Source: Spirochaetia bacterium (lineage in GTDB: Bacteria > Spirochaetota > Spirochaetia > UBA9216). From it: a DNA stretch of 64,000 nucleotides. Position numbers and translations under genes: made by a program. How positions within the stretch are numbered: the stretch's first letter is position 1; every line of letters starts with the position of its first letter. The DNA is taken from assembly GCA_965140585.1 (NCBI GenBank), contig OZ223269.1:640001-704000 (forward strand), given 5' to 3'. The notes below the pieces were generated by a model that worked only from the letters and a program-made list of their open reading frames with translations, did no database searches and had not been told where the DNA came from. Shown in pieces: positions 42,019 to 51,565 of the stretch.

Positions 42019-42399
42019 TCAGATCCTTTTTAAGTATTTTAGTGCTTTTCTGTAAGCTAGTTTCTTTACAACGCCTGTTTCCTTGAGGTTTTTAACAAAT
42101 GATGAGGCAATTTCTTCATCACTTTTCCCCTTGGATCTGAGTTTTTGAATATGTTCACTGTTGTCGCGAAGTGTCATGAATACCGGATCATCACTGTTTC
42201 TGCTACCGCTGTTAAGAATAAGAACACTGGCTACAATCAGTAGTGAGATTATCGCGGTGATTAAAAAATCATAACCAGGATCTGGGACTAAGTGTCTGAT
42301 AAACGAATTGGGATTTCCTGCATTAAAAATTGAATACAGATCCAGAGCCATTAGCAATGCGAGTATAATGTAAATAACAAGGTTCTTTTTATTGGTCAA
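42019..42399 (-). CDS. Hypothetical 2-TM membrane protein
   Basis: 126-aa ORF, TTG start with SD ggag. Confidence 0.65.
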   Translation of the reverse strand: MTNKKNLVIYIILALLMALDLYSIFNAGNPNSFIRHLVPDPGYDFLITAIISLLIVASVLILNSGSRNSDDPVFMTLRDNSEHIQKLRSKGKSDEEIASSFVKNLKETGVVKKLAYRKALKYLKRI

Positions 42400-42415
42400 T
42401 CAGAAACTCCATCCT

Positions 42416-42444
42416 AAATAAACAGGGGTGTTTCCACCCCCGTT
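42416..42444 (-). terminator. Terminator after the NCS2 permease
   Basis: AACGGGGGTG-GAAA-CACCCCTGTT then TATTT. Confidence 0.65.
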
Positions 42445-42458
42445 GGTAATAGTAAAAA

Positions 42459-43982
42459 CTATTTCATTACGTGCCAGTTAGCCTGACCAACAGGAATGGC
42501 TGCCCATTCTTTTTCAGCCTGTTCCCAGGCTTCATCGCTGGCTTCAGCTTCCCAGACTGTAAGACCTCTTTCCTCTCTGGTTGCACCCGGAAGAAGGTTG
42601 TCAAGTACCATGGTAATGATAGCAGTAACAGCCATACCGGTTGTGAAGATTGTCTGAAGTATGTTGGTTATAACATACTGAGCAGAACCTGCATCTCCAC
42701 TTACCATAGAGGCTGCATTAAAATGTGCAGGAACTGTAAGTCCGGCAAAGAAACCGACACCTACAATAAAGAGGTTTCTTGCGTTGTTAAGGTTTGTAAA
42801 CTGCAGGTTGGAAAGACCGGTTGCAGCAATAAGACCGAACATTGCAAAGAAAAGTGCACCTACGATAGGCTGAGGAAGGGTTGCAAGAACCATTCCGAAC
42901 TTACCGAAGAATGGAAGTACAAGAAGGATAATACCTGCTGCTCTTATAACGCGGCGGCTGGCAACTCTTGTAAGACCGATTGAGCCGATATTTTCTGAAT
43001 AGGAAGTTGTACCGTTACATGTCTGGAAAATAGAAGCAATTAAACATCCGATACCTTCAGCTCCGATACCCTTGGATATAACTTTTGCTGTAGGAACAGG
43101 TGCTTCTGCAATTCTTGCACATGAATAGTAGTCGCCAACTGATTCAATCATTGAACCAACATAACCGGCAAGCATTCCGAGAGCACCGGCTGCTGTAATA
43201 GCGTTAAAAGTCGGAAATCCCCATTTGAACGGAATTGCTGGTTTAATCCAGAAAACTGGTGCTGAACCGATAAGCTCAATACCGTTTTTCAGATTGGCTG
43301 CATTTCCTTCAGGAATCCATCCTGTAAATGTTCCTATCAGAGAACATAACCATCCGAGGATAACTGCAAGAAGAATCGGGAAAAGAGCAAAAACTTTTGA
43401 TTTTCGTGAGAAAATCTGTGAGAAAACAACGATTGCGGCAAAAGTAATAAGAGAAATCACCCAGTTACCTGCCATCCATGGTGCACCTACACTGTAGAGT
43501 GCAAGACCAATCATTGCAATTGTAGGACCGATTACAATCGGACTGAATGCTCTTTTAATCAGTCCCATAAGTCCTGTGTAGCCAATTATGATTTCAAACA
43601 GTGATGCAATCATTACGGCTGCACAAACCTGCTGAATCATAACCTCGTATCCAAGGCCCTCTGCCGCACACATACCAACAATTGCGAACATAGGTCCCAG
43701 GAATGAGAAAGTACCACCCTGCAGAATCGGCAGTTTATTACCAATAGGTGACTGCTGAATCAGGGTTGTAATTCCGGCACAGAAGAACATTGTAGAAATA
43801 AGAAGTGCAAGTTCTTCAGTAGGAAGCCCCATAGCTCCACCGACAATGATCGGGATAATAACTGTTGATCCGAACTGTGTCAGGAACTGCTGAGCACCAA
43901 GAAGGAATGCAAGTCCCCACTTGGGTCGGCTGCCGATCGGGTAAATTACCCATCCGCCGCCTTTGTTTGCTTCGTCGCTCAT
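42459..43982 (-). CDS. NCS2 (uracil/xanthine) nucleobase:cation symporter
   Basis: Q.FL..FGS, LPI.QG.TF.F, IESVGDY, TTSYSENIG.IGLTRVASR NAT signature. Confidence 0.9.
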   Translation of the reverse strand: MSDEANKGGGWVIYPIGSRPKWGLAFLLGAQQFLTQFGSTVIIPIIVGGAMGLPTEELALLISTMFFCAGITTLIQQSPIGNKLPILQGGTFSFLGPMFAIVGMCAAEGLGYEVMIQQVCAAVMIASLFEIIIGYTGLMGLIKRAFSPIVIGPTIAMIGLALYSVGAPWMAGNWVISLITFAAIVVFSQIFSRKSKVFALFPILLAVILGWLCSLIGTFTGWIPEGNAANLKNGIELIGSAPVFWIKPAIPFKWGFPTFNAITAAGALGMLAGYVGSMIESVGDYYSCARIAEAPVPTAKVISKGIGAEGIGCLIASIFQTCNGTTSYSENIGSIGLTRVASRRVIRAAGIILLVLPFFGKFGMVLATLPQPIVGALFFAMFGLIAATGLSNLQFTNLNNARNLFIVGVGFFAGLTVPAHFNAASMVSGDAGSAQYVITNILQTIFTTGMAVTAIITMVLDNLLPGATREERGLTVWEAEASDEAWEQAEKEWAAIPVGQANWHVMK

Positions 43983-44375
43983 AAATCCTCCAAAAAAATA
44001 TTTTTCAGGATGATAAACATCCTGTTACTCCCTATATAAAAATTGTTGCAGTATTCTGGATTATTAAGTTCGTCGAAAGTGTGTGTGGTGTGTGATAGAA
44101 AAAAACTTCTGGTGTTAAACATCATTTATATAGATATCCTTATCAGTTATATGGATGAAAGTCAACTCTAATAAAAGCAATGAAAATACAACAAATGATT
44201 TTATGTTATGTTAGGAAGATCCGTCAAGTTAAATTTGTTATAAAAATGTTTGCGCTAAAAAAACTGTTTTTTTCTTATATTCTAACCTTGACCTATGGAA
44301 GAAAGAGGATTAAGGTGATGGTATGATTCTGTTTGGTCATAGTCCTAGTTAATATTTCGTAAAATGGAGGAAAAG

Positions 44376-45773
44376 ATGGCAGATCCAAAAGAAGCGGCTG
44401 CATATATTGCAGGTCTCATTGACAGAGCCCACGCAGCCCAGAAAGAAATAGAATTCGCTACACAGGAACAGGTTGATGAAATGTGTGTTAGAGTCGCCTG
44501 GGCCGGATGTAATCCTGAATTCGCAAAAAAACTCGGTGAGTTTGCTGCAGAAGAATCAGGAATGGGTTTCGCTCCCGACAAAGTAGCTAAAATCTATTCA
44601 AAAGTTAAGGGAACTCTTCGTGATATGAAGGGTAAAAAGACCTGTGGTCTTGTTGAAACTGATGAAGAGAAAGGTCTTTTAAAGTTTGCAAAGCCGATTG
44701 GAGCAGTAGGCGCTCTTGTACCATGTACAAACCCTGAAGCTACTCCTTTTGTTAAGGCTCTCTGGGCAATCAAGACCAGAAATGCAATAATCCTTTCTCC
44801 GCACCCAAGAACAAAGGGTACAAACAAGATGGCAGTTGATGCTATCAGAGCTACTCTTAAGAAGGGTGGTTTTCCTGAAGACCTCGTAATCAACATTGAT
44901 CAGGTATCTGTAGAAGCCAGTAATGAGCTTATGAAGCAGGCTGACCTTGTTGTTGCTACCGGCGGTGCAGGAATGGTTAAAGCTGCTTACTCAAGTGGTA
45001 CTCCTGCTTACGGTGTAGGTGCTGGAAATGCAGTAAGTATCATTGATACAACAGCAAATCTTGCTGACGCAGCCAACAAGATTAAAAGATCAAAGATTTT
45101 TGATCATGCTACAAGCTGTTCAACTGAAAATGCAGTCCTAATTCAGGAAGGCATTTATGATGACATGGTTAAAGCAATGGAGGCAGAAGGCGGTTACTAT
45201 GTAGCTGATGCTGCTGACAAGAAAAAACTTCAGGATACAATGTGGGAAGATGGTCACACACTTTCAAGAAACATTGTTGCACAGCCTGCCCAGAAGATCG
45301 CAAAACTTGCCGGTCTTTCAATGGGTGATGACAAATGTTTCATTATGGTTCCTGAAACTGAAGTTGGAGCTGATGCTCCATTCTCAGGTGAAAAACTTTC
45401 TCCTGTAACTACACTTTACAAATACAAAACTTTCGAAGACGCAGTTGAGCTTGTAAACAGAATTACTGACTACTCAGGTGCAGGTCATTCATGTGGTATT
45501 CATACAACTGATGACAAGAAAGTTAAGGAACTTGGTAGAAAAGTAAAAGTTTCAAGAATCATGGTTAACCAGCCGCAGTGTCTTGCCAACTCAGGAGCAT
45601 GGACAAACGGTATGCCTATGTCAATGACTCTCGGTTGCGGTACATGGGGCGGAAACGTTGCTTCTGAGAACATCACTTACAAGCACCTTCTTAACTACAC
45701 ATGGGTTTCTTATGAAATCGCAAATACAATGCCAAGTGATGAGGAACTTTTCGGTACAGTAATGTACGAATAG
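44376..45773 (+). CDS. CoA-acylating aldehyde dehydrogenase, SauS-like
   Basis: PCTNP, VATGG..MV..AYSSG.PAYGVGAGN, SK.FD.ATSCSTEN (catalytic Cys), GEKLSP, GAGHS..IH, LGCGTWGGN; SD ggagg before ATG 44376. Confidence 0.85.
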   Translation: MADPKEAAAYIAGLIDRAHAAQKEIEFATQEQVDEMCVRVAWAGCNPEFAKKLGEFAAEESGMGFAPDKVAKIYSKVKGTLRDMKGKKTCGLVETDEEKGLLKFAKPIGAVGALVPCTNPEATPFVKALWAIKTRNAIILSPHPRTKGTNKMAVDAIRATLKKGGFPEDLVINIDQVSVEASNELMKQADLVVATGGAGMVKAAYSSGTPAYGVGAGNAVSIIDTTANLADAANKIKRSKIFDHATSCSTENAVLIQEGIYDDMVKAMEAEGGYYVADAADKKKLQDTMWEDGHTLSRNIVAQPAQKIAKLAGLSMGDDKCFIMVPETEVGADAPFSGEKLSPVTTLYKYKTFEDAVELVNRITDYSGAGHSCGIHTTDDKKVKELGRKVKVSRIMVNQPQCLANSGAWTNGMPMSMTLGCGTWGGNVASENITYKHLLNYTWVSYEIANTMPSDEELFGTVMYE

Positions 45774-45786
45774 GCCTTTTGAATGA

Positions 45787-45972
45787 TTATTCAGGGCGGC
45801 GGAAATCTTTTTCGCCGCCTTTTTTAAACGGCCCTGGACAATCGATTTCCGGTTTGTAACCATCAGTCCGGTAGCAGATTGAAAAATAAAGAGGTTCCAG
45901 CTTATAACCTAGTTGGCAGCTGTCACCTTGAAGGGCTTCACAATAGTCGCATGTTTTATCATCGTTATTCAT
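45787..45972 (-). CDS. Small Cys-rich protein (61 aa)
   Basis: CDYC-x7-C-x13-C-x11-C; extended -10 promoter (TG-A-TACAAT) placed to give +1 at its ATG. Confidence 0.5.
   Translation of the reverse strand: MNNDDKTCDYCEALQGDSCQLGYKLEPLYFSICYRTDGYKPEIDCPGPFKKGGEKDFRRPE
45795..45825 (+). terminator. Terminator after the ALDH
   Basis: ggcggcggaa...ttcgccgcc then TTTTTT. Confidence 0.8.
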
Positions 45973-46090
45973 GCGGATATTGTATCAGAATATTGATTTT
46001 TTTCAAAAGCTGTGGTACAGCGATTGTAATTAATTTACCGGAGTAATTACCGGTTAACCAATATTTAACTTTAGCTATGGAGGGTAAAGC

Positions 46091-47413
46091 ATGGCTGGTG
46101 AAGAGATAAGGGCTCTAGATAAGAAATACAATTTACATTCATGGAGTTCTCAGAAAGCACTAAATCCAATAGTGGTTGATAAAGCGGAAGGAATCTTTTT
46201 CTGGGATGCAGATGGTAAAAAATACTATGATATGTCATCTCAGCTTGTTAACATGAACGTTGGTCATGGAAACAAGAAGATCATCAAGGCAATTCAGGAC
46301 CAGGCTGAAAAAATGCCGTTTATCGGACCTGCTTATGCTGTTGATGTAAGATCTGAACTTGCAAGAAAAATCATCGAAGAAATTGTTCCTTTTATGGGAA
46401 AAATCTTCTTTACAAATGCAGGTGCGGAAGCAAACGAGAATGCAATCAAGATTGCTAGAATGGTTACCGGTAAGCAGAAAATTTTCAGCGGTTACCGATC
46501 ATACCATGGGGCAACCTACGGTGCGGCAAACCTTACAGGTGAACCAAGAAGATTCCCTTCAGAACCCGGTATTGCCGGTTTTGTAAAATTCTTTAATCCG
46601 TATCTTGAAAGAGAACCGGTAATAAATTTCGGCAGCGAAGAGGAGTATTCAAAATACTGCCTGGCAAAGCTTGAAGAACAGATTATCTGGGAAGGCGAAA
46701 ACAATGTTGCTGCTATTTTCCTGGAAACTGTAGTAGGTTCCAACGGTGTTCTTATTCCGCCAAAGGGTTACCTTGAAGGCGTCAGAGCGCTTTGTGATAA
46801 ATACGGCATTATGATGGTCTGTGATGAAGTTATGGCAGGCTGGGGAAGAACCGGAGAATGGTTTGCATTCATGAACTGGGATGTTAAGCCGGATATTGTA
46901 ACCTTTGCAAAGGGTGTTACCTGCGGTTATGCCCCTATCGGCGGTGCAATAGTTTCAAAAGCAATCGCTGAACATTTTGAAGATAATGTTCTCTACTGCG
47001 GTCTTACATACAGCGCACACCTTCTTGGATGTGCAGCCGGTATTGCTACAATCGATGTTTACAAAGAACTTGATCTTATTAACAATTCTAAAAAGATGGG
47101 GCCGGTAATGGCTAAGATGATGGCTGAACTTCAGTCAAAGCATCCTTCAGTCGGTCCCTGCAGAAATATCGGCCTTTTCGGTATGGTTGAGTTTGTTGAT
47201 AAAAACAATGGACCGCTTGTTCCTTATGCAAAAGATCCAAAAGGTCTTATGAAGCAGATTCTGGGTAAATTAAGAGAGAATGGTTTTGTAACATACTCAC
47301 ATGAGAATATGGTTGCAGTTTCACCGCCTCTTATTATTAAAGAAGCAGAACTTCAGGAAGCCTTTGATATTCTTGATAAGGTTGCTACTTGGGTAGATGA
47401 GAATCTGCTTTAG
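46091..47413 (+). CDS. Class III PLP omega-amino acid aminotransferase (beta-alanine/taurine type)
   Basis: HSWS.Q, DMSSQLVN.NVGH, YRSYHG.T.GA.NLTGEPRR, DEVMAGWGRTG, FAKG, GLTYSAH. Confidence 0.85.
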   Translation: MAGEEIRALDKKYNLHSWSSQKALNPIVVDKAEGIFFWDADGKKYYDMSSQLVNMNVGHGNKKIIKAIQDQAEKMPFIGPAYAVDVRSELARKIIEEIVPFMGKIFFTNAGAEANENAIKIARMVTGKQKIFSGYRSYHGATYGAANLTGEPRRFPSEPGIAGFVKFFNPYLEREPVINFGSEEEYSKYCLAKLEEQIIWEGENNVAAIFLETVVGSNGVLIPPKGYLEGVRALCDKYGIMMVCDEVMAGWGRTGEWFAFMNWDVKPDIVTFAKGVTCGYAPIGGAIVSKAIAEHFEDNVLYCGLTYSAHLLGCAAGIATIDVYKELDLINNSKKMGPVMAKMMAELQSKHPSVGPCRNIGLFGMVEFVDKNNGPLVPYAKDPKGLMKQILGKLRENGFVTYSHENMVAVSPPLIIKEAELQEAFDILDKVATWVDENLL

Positions 47414-47437
47414 GATTGATCGTATCTGAAGATATAG

Positions 47438-47465
47438 ACCGCCGGAGAAATTCGGCGGTTTTTTT
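47438..47465 (+). terminator. Terminator after the aminotransferase
   Basis: accgccgga-gaaa-ttcggcggt then a T-run. Confidence 0.8.
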
Positions 47466-48246
47466 ATAGATAAGATTCTATCAGCTGGATACGTCTGCTG
47501 TAATAATCTTTTCTTCTACGGTTAAATTCACCGGGATCTCCGTTGATACCAGTAACTGCCGGTTCTAGCGAGTTAAAACTTTCTTTTAGTGACTGAAGCA
47601 GGTCTTTCCAGCTCATATCCGAGTGAAAACTGCTTTTGGGTGCCAATTGGAGTATTTCTGAATAATCATTTCCTGCTTCCTTTTTGATCATTGCAAAGGT
47701 TAGCAGTTCCTGGGGAGAAAGCTGGTACAGGCTGTCTTTAAAATTTTCTTTTTCAATTCCGAATAAATCTGAATAAAAATCAATAAACTCATTTTCTGCT
47801 TTGGAATAAAGGCTCTGCTCATAATAGAGTTGAGGAAGCAGTGTGAGTCTTCTCTCTTTCATATAAATCCTGCATTCAGGGCTGCAGAGGTATGTTTCTG
47901 CTGAATCGAAATCTCCGTGTTCGAGGTATGTCGAACCTAAAAAAAATGCCAGAGCAGTATCATTTGTTAATTCATATCCGTTTTTAAGTATACCGAATCT
48001 TTGTTCAATATTTTTCGAGTCACTATGGTTCAAAAAATATTCAAGATATACTTCCGGCCGTTGCGGATATCTTTCTACAGCTTTTTCAAGCAGTTTATCA
48101 GCTTTGACGAAATCTTTATGGAATTTGGCATATCGGGAACTGTCCAGAAGTCTTTTCCAGCCCGCTGTGGAGATGTAGGGAAGAACAACTCTCAGAAGGA
48201 TAACGCCTATGAAAAGTGCGCCGGGTAAAAAAAGGAACTTCAGCAT
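47464..48246 (-). CDS. Membrane-anchored TPR-like hypothetical protein
   Basis: N-terminal TM; TPR-like LG..YL..G.F..A pattern. Confidence 0.65.
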   Translation of the reverse strand: MLKFLFLPGALFIGVILLRVVLPYISTAGWKRLLDSSRYAKFHKDFVKADKLLEKAVERYPQRPEVYLEYFLNHSDSKNIEQRFGILKNGYELTNDTALAFFLGSTYLEHGDFDSAETYLCSPECRIYMKERRLTLLPQLYYEQSLYSKAENEFIDFYSDLFGIEKENFKDSLYQLSPQELLTFAMIKKEAGNDYSEILQLAPKSSFHSDMSWKDLLQSLKESFNSLEPAVTGINGDPGEFNRRRKDYYSRRIQLIESYL

Positions 48247-48255
48247 GAATATCTC

Positions 48256-48741
48256 CTATAGATTCTGATATTTGCCTGTAACGGCATCAACTATCATAGT
48301 AAAATGACTGTTATCCTGATTAAAACATTTTACCACCCAGAATGGTTTATGTATTTTCTTTTCTTCTATAATTTCTGATTGAGGGACAACCAGTGCTTTC
48401 ATTTTATGCATGGCCGCATGATTAAGATATGTTCGGGCGGTTTTTAATGATTCCTCTTCGCTGAAATCATTTTCAAGAATATTTTCTTCAGGAACTTCAA
48501 CCTCAACATGTTTGAATATATCGCTTGTGGCTGCCTGATTATTGATCATATCAACCAGGCATGAAGCTTTATTGTTGCGGCCCATTCCGAAAAGAGTTTT
48601 TACCCTGAAAGAGAAAAAAACCCAATAATAAGGGTAGTAAATAAGCTTCTGAACTCTGGGAATGATGCTTGAAGTTTTTGCCTGAAGTATTGAGGCAGCA
48701 TCTTCTCTTGTTATTGTTGATTCAATAGCGTTGATATTCAA
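48256..48741 (-). CDS. Hypothetical soluble protein downstream of the SSS symporter
   Basis: YYPYYW, KPFWVV and C-terminal VDAVTG motifs. Confidence 0.7.
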   Translation of the reverse strand: MNINAIESTITREDAASILQAKTSSIIPRVQKLIYYPYYWVFFSFRVKTLFGMGRNNKASCLVDMINNQAATSDIFKHVEVEVPEENILENDFSEEESLKTARTYLNHAAMHKMKALVVPQSEIIEEKKIHKPFWVVKCFNQDNSHFTMIVDAVTGKYQNL

Positions 48742-48757
48742 TGAAAACTCCGAAAGA

Positions 48758-48789
48758 GGAACTCCCCTGATTTTCTAAGGGGAGTTCCA
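48758..48789 (-). other. Intergenic stem-loop after the SSS gene
   Basis: ggaactcccct...aggggagttcc perfect inverted repeat. Confidence 0.6.
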
Positions 48790-48805
48790 GAGATTTTTGA
48801 GCTTT

Positions 48806-50353
48806 TCAGCTTTTTAATTTCTTGTTAATGGCACTTGCCTCACCAGAAAGATCAAAGTCTGCATTGGCAAGCATTTCTTTCGGTATCGGACCGAGGCTGG
48901 CTGCCTCATTCATTGCCTTAATAATATGCTCTGCAACCGGCGAAGACTTCTGTGTCGCAAGACTGACAACTATCATCAAAAGCCATGAAACAATAAGTCC
49001 GGCCAGCATCGGGTGGAGCGGAATTGCTGTCTTTTTGGCGATGAATGCCATTAAAGCTCCACCGACTATTGATGCAAGGGCTCCCTTTGTATTTGCTTTT
49101 TTCCACCATACTGCACATACGTATGCCGGCAGGAAGGCGCTTCCGAGGACTGAAGTTGTAAAAGTGACTATCGAGAAAACACCCGGAGGACTTATCAGAG
49201 CAACAACAAGCCCAATGATACCCATCCCTGCAACAAGAAATCTGGAAACCCATACCATTTGGCTGTCTGAGGCTTTAGGGTTGATGAACCTCTGAAAGAT
49301 ATCTCTTGAAGCAATAGTTCCAACCTGTAGAAGAATAGAATCAGCAGTTGACATTATTGCAGCCATAATAGCAGCCATGACTATACCGGTAACTGCAGGC
49401 GGCAGGAGTTCTTGTGCAAGCGTGAAGATAGCCATTTCAGGGTCTGCAAGATTTGGTAGAATAAGAATTGCGAAAATACCGAGCAGATAGGGAGCTGTGA
49501 CAAAGAAAAGATTCCAGATAGTGGAATAAACAGCTGCCATACGGGCAGTTTTAGGACTCTTCATTGCCATATGCCTTGTAACAACATGGGGCCATCCCAT
49601 ATAGCCTACTGAGAATATTAATACTGCACCTAAAATCTCTCCCCAGTTGTTATGAAACTGAAGATCCTTTCCCCATATTGAAAGATAAGTCGGGTCCAAT
49701 TTACCTATAGCGATATTGGCTGCAGTGAAGCCGCCTACATTTACGATGGTGGCAATAAATATCCACAGCATACCGACGATCATAACCAGACTTTGAAAGA
49801 AGTCTGTGTAAGCAACTGCAAAATAACCGCCCAGAAATGTATACAGCATTATAATTCCGACAGCAATTGTAAGAGCTGCTCCGTAGGGAAGTCCTGTAAC
49901 AAGTGCCATTCCCTTTCCACCGGCTATAAACTGTGCGAGGACATAAAAATATAGTAGAAATACAGAGAGCCCTCCGCTTATAATTCTGGTAGCGGGATGA
50001 GGGTATCGATGTTCAAGGTATTCTATTGAAGTGAGAGACCCGAGTATTTTAGACAGTTTCCTCATTCTGCGGCCTATAACCGATAAATTGACAACACCGC
50101 CTCCAATATCACCTGAAGCATACCAGATTGCCCAGTATCCGGCCCTGAATCCTTCAGAACCGCCTCCCAGGAACATGTAACCGCTCATGGAGGTTGACTG
50201 CAGAGTCATTGCTGTTACCAAAGGGCCTACCTGACGGCCGCCTAATAAATAACCTTCAAGATCTTTAGCTCCGCCTTTTTTTACGGCCCAGAAGCCGATA
50301 AAAACTACAACCACATAATAGATAATTAAAAAAACAAGGACGACAGGATTCAT
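48806..50353 (-). CDS. Sodium:solute symporter (PutP/PanF-like SSS family)
   Basis: YLLGGR.VGP, YTFLGGY.AVAYTDFFQ, GYMGWPH, AAIMSTADS; ~13 TMs. Confidence 0.92.
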   Translation of the reverse strand: MNPVVLVFLIIYYVVVVFIGFWAVKKGGAKDLEGYLLGGRQVGPLVTAMTLQSTSMSGYMFLGGGSEGFRAGYWAIWYASGDIGGGVVNLSVIGRRMRKLSKILGSLTSIEYLEHRYPHPATRIISGGLSVFLLYFYVLAQFIAGGKGMALVTGLPYGAALTIAVGIIMLYTFLGGYFAVAYTDFFQSLVMIVGMLWIFIATIVNVGGFTAANIAIGKLDPTYLSIWGKDLQFHNNWGEILGAVLIFSVGYMGWPHVVTRHMAMKSPKTARMAAVYSTIWNLFFVTAPYLLGIFAILILPNLADPEMAIFTLAQELLPPAVTGIVMAAIMAAIMSTADSILLQVGTIASRDIFQRFINPKASDSQMVWVSRFLVAGMGIIGLVVALISPPGVFSIVTFTTSVLGSAFLPAYVCAVWWKKANTKGALASIVGGALMAFIAKKTAIPLHPMLAGLIVSWLLMIVVSLATQKSSPVAEHIIKAMNEAASLGPIPKEMLANADFDLSGEASAINKKLKS

Positions 50354-50487
50354 TATTCCTTTCCCCCCTGTTTTTCAGAGTCTTCAACCCAGTTCCTGGT
50401 TTTGATAAAAAATATTAATGTATAGACAAGCCAGAAAAGCGGGAAACCAAACAGCACAAGGGCTGTTACGGGTGGTAAACCAAACAT
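50353..50487 (-). CDS. 44-aa single-TM protein translationally coupled to the SSS gene (not in ORF track)
   Basis: MFGLPPVTALVLFGFPLFWLVYTLIFFIKTRNWVEDSEKQGGKE; SD GGAGG; stop overlaps the symporter ATG (TAATG). Confidence 0.8.
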   Translation of the reverse strand: MFGLPPVTALVLFGFPLFWLVYTLIFFIKTRNWVEDSEKQGGKE

Positions 50488-50638
50488 TTTTCCTCCGAAA
50501 TCTTTTTATTTTTTTGAGTAATGCATAACTCTGATTAAGGTTAAATGTGAAAGAAAAAAACTGTCAATACAGAAAAATCAATAACTAATCCACTTTAGTA
50601 CCACAATATTATAAAATGATGTTAAACTTTATTAGATT

Positions 50639-51529
50639 ATGAAAAAAAATGTCAGTTATCATAAAGAACAGGAATCTTTTGAAAATTTAATCAAACTAAG
50701 ATTCCCTGAAGGAATGGTTTGTGAAAGATGCGGTGGACAAAAATTCTGGGAAAAACCTGTAAAAAGAATTACCGTCTGCAAACATTGCCGGACTGAGAAT
50801 TCACCTCTTGCCAATACTATGCTTCACAGATCGCATATCAGTTTGGAGCACTGGTCCGGTATTGTCAGGCTGATGATAAATTCTTCAGACAGGGTTATAA
50901 CTGCAAGAACCATTTTCAGGGAAATACCTCTGGGATCTTACCGGAGCGCATGGAACGCATTGAGAAAAATCAGGTATGCAATTTCATATCATACAGAGGA
51001 TGAGAGGCTTGAAGGGGAGGTTGAGTTTGATGAGATAATAAAAAGAGGGCAGGGTGAAGATTACCGGAAAGTAAGTATCCTTGGTGCTCTTGAGATGTCC
51101 GGAGAAAAGAGACTGTCTCTAAAAATGGTTAAGAATCCTGATGAAATGAATATCAAGGATTATTTTAAAAAGAATTTCGATAAAAAAGCAGTATTCATAG
51201 TCGATCCTCAAAAGCTGTATTTGAGAAACTGGCTCGAATTAAACCGCTTTAAGCAGAAAAGTTCCATTACCGCATACGGCGGAAAGTTTATGAATATTCA
51301 TGTTGTTTTACAGGATGTTAAATACGGTTTAAGAAACGGGCACCATAATGTTTCTGAACAGTTTCTGCAGGAATATCTGGATGAATATCAGTTTATCTTT
51401 AATTACAATGATAACAGGGAAAAAGCTCAGCAGCTTGTTCTGGGATTTATGATGAATACGCCTATCGAAGGATTTAATAAACGACCTGAAACAAAAAAGA
51501 ACTTTCTTTCAATATTCAGTACAAAATAA
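50639..51529 (+). mobile_element. IS1595-family transposase-like gene, divergent, no terminal repeats found
   Basis: RFPEG..C..C...C..C zinc ribbon, T.LHRSH..L..W, L.GEVEFDE, HH.VS..FLQ.YLDEY.F.FN. Confidence 0.7.
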
Positions 51530-51535
51530 AGGCAG

Positions 51536-51565
51536 AAAAAAGCTGACCGGGGTTTCCAGTCAGCT
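51536..51565 (-). terminator. Terminator downstream of preA
   Basis: AGCTGACTGG-AAACC-CCGGTCAGCT then TTTTT on the minus strand. Confidence 0.75.
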
